Positions 17,561 through 26,487 of a stretch of 64,000 bases of DNA are shown piece by piece (the stretch's first letter is position 1; each line of letters begins with the position of its first letter). The position numbers and the translations under genes are program-made. The stretch lies in the NCBI GenBank assembly GCA_963800255.1, contig CAWDAK010000016.1, positions 12,815-76,814 on the forward strand, in the 5' to 3' direction. The notes beneath the pieces were generated by a model, which did not search any database, was not told the DNA's origin, and saw only the letters and a program-made list of their open reading frames with translations. This stretch comes from an uncultured Ignavibacteria bacterium. GTDB taxonomy: Bacteria; Bacteroidota; Ignavibacteria; Ignavibacteriales; Ignavibacteriaceae.

Positions 17561-20500
17561 TTACTTCAGCAGAATCATTTTTTTTGCGTCAGTAAAGTTC
17601 TTCGCTTTTAACCTGTATATGTAAATTCCGCTTGCAGCTTTTTCACCCCATGAATTGGTTCCCTTCCAGGAAATTGTATGCACACCGGGACTCTGAACTA
17701 CGTTATTAACAAGACTTGCAACGCGCCGCCCCAATATATCAAATATCTCCAGGGTAACATCACCTTTTTCTTTCAGCTGATAAGTGATTGTTGTTGCCGG
17801 GTTAAATGGATTAGGATAGTTCTGGTATAAAGCATACGTGTTCGGCTGCAGCGATATATTCTCCGAATGTATCTTTGCAAATTCTTCTGTACCAATGATT
17901 ATTCTGAAGTGACTCTGCCCGCTGCCCGCCGCGGCCAGCTCAACAGAACCTTCATTCATATCGATAGGAATTTCCCTGTCCCTGTCAAGCACCCATATCC
18001 TGAAGGTCTCCGGCAGGGCCGACAGCCTATCTAAGGCCAGTCTGTATGCCTGCCCCGGAGATTTTGTGGAAACTCTGAAGTCCCAGAATGCACCATCCTT
18101 TGAAACGTTCACAACATTCCGGGCATAAATACTTTTTCCTGATTCAATGGACAACTCTACCGCATCGCTTATGGCAGGCGGCTTCATTACATCAAACCTG
18201 TCCATATCATCTTTCGCGCCTTCCATCATACCTACAAAGTTCTGCTGGTCTTTTTGTCCCGACCCAAGATACGCTTTCAGCTGAACCACAAACTCATCAT
18301 CTTTCAATGCGGTAAATAAATTGCTCTGGTGCTTCAGGAGGGAAACATTCGGACTTACGTTCAGGTTGATGATTGAAGACGTCGGGTTGTAAACCCAGTA
18401 GCCTTCCCACGGCTCAAGTACCAGCTGATCCAGTTCATATTCCTGGGTATCAGGATTAAAACGCAGCGGCGCCTGAAGCAGAAGGCTTGCATTCTCAATC
18501 AATCCCCAGTCAACAGGAAAAGCGAAGGGATCGCCTATCTGGTTGTACCCGGGCTGTATGGTGATGGTGTAGTTATTGAATGACGGCACGCTCTGTGAAT
18601 TATCAAGATCAAAGGTTCTGCCCTCTTTGTTTATCAGCCAGAAAGCATTACCCGGGATGACGTTTCCGGTTATTGAACTGTACTCAGCATAATCATTCTG
18701 CTCTGGCTGCCACCTGAAGATACGCCAGCTCTTCGGGTCGTATGCTCCGTAATCATCCATAAAAACTGAATCAATCTCCGGCGCCCTTACAGAAAGCGGC
18801 ACAGAGAACATCTGGTATTCTCCTATCCTTAACGGATTGGGATAAAGGACCTGCGGAATATTAACATCAATTGAAGCAGGGTTTAATTCAGGGTTTAATG
18901 ATGGATAGGTTACCGTGGTTAAACCGTCCGAGAACATAACGTAAAATTGAATACCGGATATGGTTGAAAACTCCGGTGGGATATTAAACGTATATACGTT
19001 GCCCTGGTTCGAAAGTGTATCCTGCTGGTAAAGTGATTCGCCAGTTCTCCTGTAGAAGATGTCGCTTGATGTAAATAATGATGAGGAGGGGGGAGTTATG
19101 TTTAAGATTGCTGGCTGTCCTACCCCCGGCGATGATGGAACCTGCACGGTTATTGCCGATAACCCTGTCCCGTTTAATTGAATGATATCAGGACTCCCGG
19201 ATGCGGAACTGTATATAATTAACTCCGCAGTTTTTAATCCTGAAGTGTCCGGTGAAAAACTAACATTCAGATTAATAAAATTAAGGAAGTGAATTGAATC
19301 TCCGTCTACCGAAGGTGTGAAGGAAAAGTTGGATGCATCTAACCCTGTTACCCGGGCACTGTCAATTATTATGTCACCTAATCCCGGATTAATAATTGAA
19401 AGCACTTGATTTGATACAAGACCCACATCAATTGATCCGAAGTTTAATATTGAATCTGACAAACTAAGTTCCGCTTTTACGCCGGTACCCGAAAGAAATA
19501 CTGTGTCAGGTGAGGTTGAGGCATCGCTCACTATTTCCATATATGCAGTTTTTAATCCTTCATAGATGGGTACAAAAATAAACTCTATATCAGATGTCTG
19601 CAGAGCGCTGATACTGTCGATTGGATACCCTGATAATATTCCGAATGCCCCGCTGGTATCATTAACCAGACTCATATTGAAGATATGCAGATTTGCTGTA
19701 CTTGTATTATTAATTGATAGCATGGCAGAATCGGCAGTAACAACCTGGGCATTTCCAAAATCCAGAGGATTGGGAAGCATATTAAATTTAGGGGAAGGCA
19801 GTTTTGCAATAAATGCGTCTTCGCCTAAACCATTTAATATTATGGTGCCGATAGTATCAGTATCATAAAAACCTCCGCAGCCGTAAATATCTCCCTGTAA
19901 ATCATTGGTAAGGCCTCCTAACTGGCAGCCGTTCACTAGTCCTGCAAACCGTCCCCAGAGCTTCTGCCCGGAAGATGAATACCTGGCAAAGTAAAGATCA
20001 TTTGTTTCACTTTGCTGGTCAGTAATAGAAAGTGCAGAAAGACAAATGTTTCCTGCGGGATCAATGGCAATTTCACCTGCCTCATTATAATAGCCCGGGT
20101 TATCCTGTACGGCCCACAACGGTATACCCGACTGATTAAATTTTGCGAGAAAAAGTTCGGCACTTAATAAGGTGTTCAGTACTATTCCTCCGAAATTTGC
20201 CATACCCGAAAAGGAACCTGTTATTACTATATTGTCATCTTTATCAACAGCAACGTCTGTTCCGTATGAATATGAATTGCTGGAATCACTGGTAACCTGC
20301 ACTACCCAGTCGAAATTTCCCAGCGCATCATACTTCGCCAGGTATATATCCTGGTTTGTTCCGTCGTAACTGCTCACAAGGGTAGAGTCACCAAAGGTGA
20401 TGACATCAGAAAAAGATCCGGTAATGAATACGTTGTCATTCTGATCCGTTCTTACACCGCGCGCTATATTATAGAAACTTGATCCGCTTGACAGATTGTA

Positions 20501-21184
20501 AGCGGCCTGCAGCCATTGCTCGTTTCCAAGCGCATCATACTTCACTGCAAAGATATCACCCCATTGGTTACTTGACTGTACGCTGAACTGACCGAAAGTT
20601 GCAAACTGGGTGAAGCTGCCGGTTACAATTACGTTGTTCTGGTTGTCAGTTGTTACTTCAAATCCAATATCACTGCCTTGGCCGCCGCCCTGCTTTGCCC
20701 ACTTGAAAAGACCATCTGAACTGTATTCAGCAACAAAAACATCGTTGCCTCCGAATGAGTTCAGTGTAGTGGTACCGAATATTGCTACGCCGTTGAATAG
20801 GCCGGTTACGATTATATTACCGAGCCTGTCAGTAGTAACACTGTAAGGCTGATCATAACTTGTACCGCCTGCGCTTATAGCCCATAGCACCGTTCCTGTA
20901 TTCGTGTATTTGGCAATATAGATATCGCCTCCCCCGATGGGATCAAGACTGAAACCTCCGAAGGTTGCAAGGCCGTCATAATAACCGGCCACAATTATGT
21001 TGCCGTCGGGATCTACGGTAAGGTCAGAGGCGTAGTCATAGCCATCGCTGCCGCCATTTACCGCAAATAAGAATTCAGGTGCCTGACCCGGCAGTATCTG
21101 TGCAGAAAGATTCTGGAAAACCGCGGCCGCAATAATTATTATTATTGTTGTTACCCTGGTAAAAATAAGTTTTTGTTTATCCAT
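17561..21184 (-). CDS. Large secreted protein: SBBP-type beta-propeller repeats, Ig-like (ASH/HYDIN-like) domains and a T9SS type-A C-terminal sorting domain
   Basis: Signal peptide. N-terminal repeats of the form D..GN(I/V)(I/Y)(V/I)(T/A)G.F.G...FG. Repeated LDFG../LNFGS..VG Ig-like modules. C-terminus YQNYPNPFNPATTITYQL...EIFDILGRRV...GIYIYRLKAKNF...KMILLK. Confidence 0.8.
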   Translation of the reverse strand: MDKQKLIFTRVTTIIIIIAAAVFQNLSAQILPGQAPEFLFAVNGGSDGYDYASDLTVDPDGNIIVAGYYDGLATFGGFSLDPIGGGDIYIAKYTNTGTVLWAISAGGTSYDQPYSVTTDRLGNIIVTGLFNGVAIFGTTTLNSFGGNDVFVAEYSSDGLFKWAKQGGGQGSDIGFEVTTDNQNNVIVTGSFTQFATFGQFSVQSSNQWGDIFAVKYDALGNEQWLQAAYNLSSGSSFYNIARGVRTDQNDNVFITGSFSDVITFGDSTLVSSYDGTNQDIYLAKYDALGNFDWVVQVTSDSSNSYSYGTDVAVDKDDNIVITGSFSGMANFGGIVLNTLLSAELFLAKFNQSGIPLWAVQDNPGYYNEAGEIAIDPAGNICLSALSITDQQSETNDLYFARYSSSGQKLWGRFAGLVNGCQLGGLTNDLQGDIYGCGGFYDTDTIGTIILNGLGEDAFIAKLPSPKFNMLPNPLDFGNAQVVTADSAMLSINNTSTANLHIFNMSLVNDTSGAFGILSGYPIDSISALQTSDIEFIFVPIYEGLKTAYMEIVSDASTSPDTVFLSGTGVKAELSLSDSILNFGSIDVGLVSNQVLSIINPGLGDIIIDSARVTGLDASNFSFTPSVDGDSIHFLNFINLNVSFSPDTSGLKTAELIIYSSASGSPDIIQLNGTGLSAITVQVPSSPGVGQPAILNITPPSSSLFTSSDIFYRRTGESLYQQDTLSNQGNVYTFNIPPEFSTISGIQFYVMFSDGLTTVTYPSLNPELNPASIDVNIPQVLYPNPLRIGEYQMFSVPLSVRAPEIDSVFMDDYGAYDPKSWRIFRWQPEQNDYAEYSSITGNVIPGNAFWLINKEGRTFDLDNSQSVPSFNNYTITIQPGYNQIGDPFAFPVDWGLIENASLLLQAPLRFNPDTQEYELDQLVLEPWEGYWVYNPTSSIINLNVSPNVSLLKHQSNLFTALKDDEFVVQLKAYLGSGQKDQQNFVGMMEGAKDDMDRFDVMKPPAISDAVELSIESGKSIYARNVVNVSKDGAFWDFRVSTKSPGQAYRLALDRLSALPETFRIWVLDRDREIPIDMNEGSVELAAAGSGQSHFRIIIGTEEFAKIHSENISLQPNTYALYQNYPNPFNPATTITYQLKEKGDVTLEIFDILGRRVASLVNNVVQSPGVHTISWKGTNSWGEKAASGIYIYRLKAKNFTDAKKMILLK

Positions 21185-21214
21185 CTTTTTTCCAATAAAA
21201 ATTTATAAATCCTT

Positions 21215-22321
21215 CTACAATGAAACTTTGATACCGCCGCTTACAGCATAGCTGCTTAGATCAGTTTTACCGTCAGCACTGCCGATAACATACCTTAGCA
21301 TTACAGGAACAGAGATTGAGGATGATAGCTTGAACTGCGGGGATAAACGGATACCGTATAAAGTGTATCCTGAAAAATAACCTGCCGTCTTTTCATAAAG
21401 ACTTGTGAACAACCCGTACCCCAGTGAGAATGAGGCATTGAAATACTGGTTGTATGATGCATCAATATAAAACTGGTTGGGAGTTATTTTTTCATTATCA
21501 AGCACCGCGTTATCGCCTTTAAGTTCATCCAGTGCCACGTTCCTGTATAGCAGCCCTATGCTTAGGAAATCATATCCAAAAAACTGCCTGTACATAGAAT
21601 TGAAGATGATCCTGTTGCCTGAGGAAAAAACTTCCTTACCGTTAAGCTTATCACTGCCATAAAAGATGCCGATAAGATCACCGGAGATCGTCTGCGTTTC
21701 ACTGAGCTTTATATCCAGTCCTGCTGTAAGAGAGACCTCATTTGATGGTGCATATTTATAGTCTGCTATATTCAGGGGCTGATACTCTGACTTAAACTGG
21801 TAAGAAACTCCGGCACCAACTACTGCATCATCTGACAGCGGGTGAAGCCAGGTAGCCCCGATGAAAGCATTTAATCCCTGCCCGAAATTGGATGTCTTTA
21901 ATCCAAACAGTTCCTGGCTTACTACCTGCGAAACAGCGAATTCAGTAGGATTTAATTTTGTCTTCCCGGTCGGGATATTAAAGCCGGCATCGAATGACAG
22001 GTTCTCATCGGGCAATTTCTGGTTAACAAATAACTGCAGATCCGAAAGTCCGCTCAGGTCGCTGTTTATGCTTCCCAGTTTTGTGCTGGCCGAAGCGTAC
22101 CTTGTAACAAGTCCTACCGAAGTATTCGTAAGCGGATTATATCCCGCAGAAATAATATTTGTAAACTCTGAAAAATCAGAGCTGTCATTAACTGACCAGC
22201 TCTCATAAACCGGCATAATGTTTATGGTGGCATTGGGCCGCTGGTTGTAAATGTCCTGTGGATAACTGCTTACTGTAAGGACAAAAACGAGAAATAAAAT
22301 AATCTTAAAAAAACTTTTCAT
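21215..22321 (-). CDS. Putative outer-membrane beta-barrel protein
   Basis: Signal peptide. Alternating hydrophobic/polar strands with Y/G/S/N-rich turns throughout. No family recognised. Confidence 0.5.
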   Translation of the reverse strand: MKSFFKIILFLVFVLTVSSYPQDIYNQRPNATINIMPVYESWSVNDSSDFSEFTNIISAGYNPLTNTSVGLVTRYASASTKLGSINSDLSGLSDLQLFVNQKLPDENLSFDAGFNIPTGKTKLNPTEFAVSQVVSQELFGLKTSNFGQGLNAFIGATWLHPLSDDAVVGAGVSYQFKSEYQPLNIADYKYAPSNEVSLTAGLDIKLSETQTISGDLIGIFYGSDKLNGKEVFSSGNRIIFNSMYRQFFGYDFLSIGLLYRNVALDELKGDNAVLDNEKITPNQFYIDASYNQYFNASFSLGYGLFTSLYEKTAGYFSGYTLYGIRLSPQFKLSSSISVPVMLRYVIGSADGKTDLSSYAVSGGIKVSL

Positions 22322-22351
22322 AGTATATTCCTGTTATTAAAGGCTGAATCT

Positions 22352-23659
22352 TTAATTTCCCGGCGGAGGCGGGGGAGGGGGAGGAGGCGAGGGGAGGTCC
22401 TGGGCTACCACAGCTTCCTGCGCAGGACTACGGCTGTCGATTCCCTGCACAAAATTTGAAACTATATTGCTTCCCAGGTTTTCAAGCCGGCTTGCAGCCA
22501 GGTTAATCATTTCGTTCTTAACTACCGGCGCCGTTTTCCTTAATGTTGATACCAGGTTTTCTTTTGAACCTCCGCTTTTGCCAAGACTCTTGGACGACTG
22601 CAGTTTACTTCCCGCATCTTTGAAGCCGGGATCCATCTGTGAAGCCTGGTTAAAGAATTGTCCTGCCTGCTGAAAGTTTCCGGCATCTTCCTGCAAAAGA
22701 CCTTTTGAGTACGCAAGAAATGCTTCAAGGTTCTGCGTGGGTATGTAGGCTATGTTCTCTTTTTCTTCCTGGGTAAGGTTGAATCCGTTTTCCTGAAGGA
22801 AAGCAAATACTACCTGTTTCTGCAGGACGAACAGATCTTTAAGTGAACCTGATTTGTTTACCCACGATTTTCGCTGGCTTGAAGGGACTTCCCACGAACC
22901 TAAATTAATATTAAAGTCGCCGTCGTCATTCACATCGTAATCCCCGGATACGATCATACCGGCTTTCAGTATTTTACCTACACGAGGCGCGGTGGACTGA
23001 TCTACAGCGTCAGATTGCGCAAGTTTCAGTTCATCAAGAACAGCCTGTATTCTCACTCTTTCAAGTATCTTAATTTCTTTAAGCTTAGCAAGATCGATGC
23101 TTACCATTTCACTGAACCCCCTGCTTAAAGGGGCATAGTCCTTATTAGTTCCCTGGTAAATCAGCGGGAACACTGCCATTGTACTGTCTGATATTTTCTG
23201 TATAGCAATCTCATTTTCATTCTGGATCAGCAGCTTAATATCGGAATAGTTTTCCTGGCGTTTTATCCAGAGATATCTTCCTTCCAGCATTTCCCTGAAG
23301 GGCGAATCTTCGGGAACCGATTTATATCTCGCATAGTAAGCAGCGGCTTTTCCCTGCTCATCGTAAAATTCAAGGTTCAGGCCTTTATAGAAAATGAGTT
23401 CGGGGTCATCGGGATTTATCTCCATTGCCTCCCCGAGGTAGTACCTGGCCTTGTCGTTGTCATGTGTCTGCATATAATAAATGCTCAGGTTTTTCAAGGC
23501 TTCAAAGTCTTTCGGGTTTGCCAGGGTCCTGTCAATCCATCCCCGCACCTGGTTCCTGTACATTTCAGGATTATCCATAAGTGAACCCGAAGAACACGAA
23601 TTGAGGACAAGCATAAGCAGCAATGCAGCAGCGGGAAATAAGAATTTAATCTTTTTCAA
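22352..23659 (-). CDS. Lipoprotein: TPR - CsgG/LpoB-like domain - TPR, with a polyproline tail
   Basis: Lipobox LVLNSCSS. Central MAVFPL.YQGTNKDYAPLSRGFSEMVSIDLAKLKEIKILERVRIQAVLDELKL...VGKILKAGMIVSGDY fits the CsgG-family pattern. C-terminus PSPPPPPPPPPGN. Colinear paralog of 23682..24704. Confidence 0.6.
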   Translation of the reverse strand: MKKIKFLFPAAALLLMLVLNSCSSGSLMDNPEMYRNQVRGWIDRTLANPKDFEALKNLSIYYMQTHDNDKARYYLGEAMEINPDDPELIFYKGLNLEFYDEQGKAAAYYARYKSVPEDSPFREMLEGRYLWIKRQENYSDIKLLIQNENEIAIQKISDSTMAVFPLIYQGTNKDYAPLSRGFSEMVSIDLAKLKEIKILERVRIQAVLDELKLAQSDAVDQSTAPRVGKILKAGMIVSGDYDVNDDGDFNINLGSWEVPSSQRKSWVNKSGSLKDLFVLQKQVVFAFLQENGFNLTQEEKENIAYIPTQNLEAFLAYSKGLLQEDAGNFQQAGQFFNQASQMDPGFKDAGSKLQSSKSLGKSGGSKENLVSTLRKTAPVVKNEMINLAASRLENLGSNIVSNFVQGIDSRSPAQEAVVAQDLPSPPPPPPPPPGN

Positions 23660-23681
23660 ATTTCAACCTCGTTTATATCAT

Positions 23682-24704
23682 TTAAAGCAGCGGCGCTATG
23701 CTTTGAGCTTTTAGTTTAGCCTTCTCATAACCCGGATCAATTTTCAAAGCTTCCTCAAATTTCTCGTACGCATTTTTATAATCTTCTTTTTCAAGGTAGC
23801 TTAATCCCACTGAGTAAGCCATAATAGCATCGAGTGAAGGGGCCTGTGAAACATCCTGCGGCGTCTCCTTCTTTAACGTTACGTTGATGTTATCCGCTAT
23901 TTTCTTCCCCAACTGATCGGTAAGATCAAAAAATTCATCAAGGTCACCCTTTACTTCATCCGTTAGTAGTATCTCGCTGGTTTCAACCTTAACAAGCCGT
24001 GCGCCAAGCCAGATCTGGTCGCCCATAATAATGAAACTTCCCAGCATCACTGTCTGCACACCCAGCTGTTTCCCCAGCCTAACCGCGCCTTCCATATCAT
24101 TTTCGTTCTGAAGCTTTATTTCATCCAGGATCCATTTGATCCTTTCTCTTTCGATAACTTTCAGGTTGGTGGAGTTGTTAAGCCTGTTTATCATAAGATC
24201 CGCAAAACCCTGCTCCATCGGATCATATTGTAACTTATGATCAACCGACCTGTTCTTGAAATCTATTATTGCCATTGTCTTCATTCCCGGATCGGGTCTT
24301 TCAACTGCATAAGATCCCTCGAACTCTTTGCGTGATTCATAATAGAGTTTCATAAATACAGGCGGTTCATAATCGGGATTGAAAACCATCATCGGCGGCT
24401 CAAGTTTGAGAAGCTGAGCTATTGCTTCCTTTGCCTTATCATATAAACCCTTTGCGGAATAGGCCCTGCCAAGGAATCTGAGGGCGTCCTTTCTTATTTC
24501 AATATCCGCTGAATTATCTGAAGCGAGACCGTTCAATATCTCAATAGCATTATCAAACTTTGCTGATTTGTAATACTGCTCAGCCTGGTCAAGCTTTTCT
24601 TTGGAGTCATTTTGTGCATAGACTGCAGACACCATTAAAAGAAAGAATATTGCAAAAAAGAACATGGACATACGTTTACCCGTATGTAATTGTTTATAAC
24701 ACAT
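23682..24704 (-). CDS. Secreted TPR - CsgG/LpoB-like domain - TPR protein (paralog of 22352..23659)
   Basis: Signal peptide ending VYAQ. MAIIDFKNRSVD...GFADLMINRLNNSTNLKVIERERIKWILDEIKLQ...LGKQLGVQTVMLGSF, with flanking TPR-like helices. Confidence 0.6.
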   Translation of the reverse strand: MCYKQLHTGKRMSMFFFAIFFLLMVSAVYAQNDSKEKLDQAEQYYKSAKFDNAIEILNGLASDNSADIEIRKDALRFLGRAYSAKGLYDKAKEAIAQLLKLEPPMMVFNPDYEPPVFMKLYYESRKEFEGSYAVERPDPGMKTMAIIDFKNRSVDHKLQYDPMEQGFADLMINRLNNSTNLKVIERERIKWILDEIKLQNENDMEGAVRLGKQLGVQTVMLGSFIIMGDQIWLGARLVKVETSEILLTDEVKGDLDEFFDLTDQLGKKIADNINVTLKKETPQDVSQAPSLDAIMAYSVGLSYLEKEDYKNAYEKFEEALKIDPGYEKAKLKAQSIAPLL

Positions 24705-24755
24705 ACTGTTATCCTCCTGTATACTTTTAATTAAAATCAGAAACGTCCTTCTACT

Positions 24756-26481
24756 TTATTTGAAATGGAATACCAGCGAGTGTGTTTGAGGCTCAAGAGA
24801 AGGGGAGATGATCAGCTGAATATCATTTTCAACTGTGCGGTATCCTGTTTTCTTAACTGTTATTTTATAAGTTCCGGGTCCAAGGTTAAGGTCGCCGGGG
24901 GTAGTTTTATCTGTGCTCTGTCCGTTTAAGTATATTACACCCCATATAGGATCGCCGGAACTGCTTAATGACTGTATGTTCACCTGCTGCTGGAAATAAC
25001 AGGTAAGCTCTTTGCTCTGGCTGCCGCCGACGTTTACGGAAAATGTTTTTGTACCAAATTCGGGATGAGTAAATTTTATTGTATGCTTCCCTGACTCAAC
25101 TGTGTTTCTTATCTTTTCATCGGAGTCAGTCAGCACCTTGCTTCCGTCAATATAAATGCTTGCCGCCGGTACAGAACTAAGTGTTAAAGTAGCTTTTGCC
25201 GTGGGAGTCTTTGCCGCCTGCAATTTAATGTTTAGTTCATTCCTGCCGTTATTAACCAGGTACCCGGCATCCTGCCAGTCATCGTAGCCGTTTAGTTTAA
25301 GCATAATTGAATAGCGTGCAACGGATAGTGAATCAAGTGAATAAGGAGTTATGCCTGCCATCTTTCCATTTATGAAATACAGAGGCTCCGGATGGATCCG
25401 AATTTACCAAGAGGCGGGCAGGAATTATTTTTTTCTGATTATCAATTAATATCGTTCCTTTGTTATCCTTAATCTCCTCAGGTTTGTTACCGGTAATAAA
25501 ATAAACCGAAATCAGAAGAACTATTAATATCAGTGCGGCCCCTGCGATATAAATTTTCTTCCTCCCGGATGGTGACGGGGGTTTATTCTCCTCGTGCGTC
25601 TGTTCGTACCTCGACATAATCCTGGTTTTTTCTTCTTCATCTGCAGCTTCCAGCCTGATACCGGTGAGTACTGTGAACATTTCCCCGGTACTCTGGAATC
25701 TTTTTTCAGGCTCCTTATCTATTGCTTTCATTATTACTTTAACAAGTTCCTTCGGGATAAGGGGATTATATTTGGTGGGCGGCGGTATCTTTCCCTCCAC
25801 AATCTGTTTCTGAATAACGAATTCAGATTCTCCCTTTTCGAACGGCGTTCGGCCTGCAAGCATTTCGTACAGGGTCATTCCGAGTGAATAGATGTCGCTC
25901 CTCTTGTCGACATTTTTTAACCCTTTTACCTGTTCAGGCGACATATAATATAAAGTACCTGCAGCGGCATGCGTAACAGTATTCTGTGTCCCGCCCTCCT
26001 GGATGACCTTGGCCAGACCAAAATCCATCACCTTTACTGTACCGTCTTCGTTAAGCAGAACATTGTTGGGTTTAATGTCGCGGTGTATTACTCCCACCTT
26101 ATGTGCGTGCCTGATTGCATTGATTATCTGTGAGCCTATGGCTATTGTCTCTGCGGCGCTGAACCTTCCTTTCTCCCTTAACCATTCTGAAATAGTTTTT
26201 GCGCTGACATACTCCATAACCATAAACAGACCGTATTCAGTTTCCCTGAGTGCATGCACACCAACTATATTCTGATTCTCAAGCCGTGCAAGAGCACGAG
26301 CTTCGGTTTTAAATCTCTGCAGAAAGTTTTCATCTCTTGAAAGAAAAGGATCAATCATCTTTAAGGCAACTAACTTTTCAAGGTTCATATCCATTGCCTT
26401 GAAAACTACCCCCATTCCTCCGCGCCCTATTACCTCGAGGATTTTATAATTATCAACTTCCTTACCTATTAACTGATCCAT
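24756..26481 (-). pseudogene. ppkA: Hanks-type Ser/Thr kinase (PpkA-like) with TM helix and a three-PEGA-domain ectodomain, split by a +1 frameshift
   Basis: GRGGMGVVFKA, HRDIKPNNVLL, DFGLAK and YMSPE. TM helix IYIAGAALILIVLLISVYFI. ORF 25333..26481 ends ...VNSDPSGASVFHKWKDG*. Dropping one base gives ...SGASVFINGKMAGITPYSLD, which joins ORF 24756..25361 (PEGA-like repeats, e.g. GTYKITVKKTGYRTVE). 26481-25361 = 1120 = 3n+1. Confidence 0.85.
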
Positions 26482-26487
26482 TTTAGA

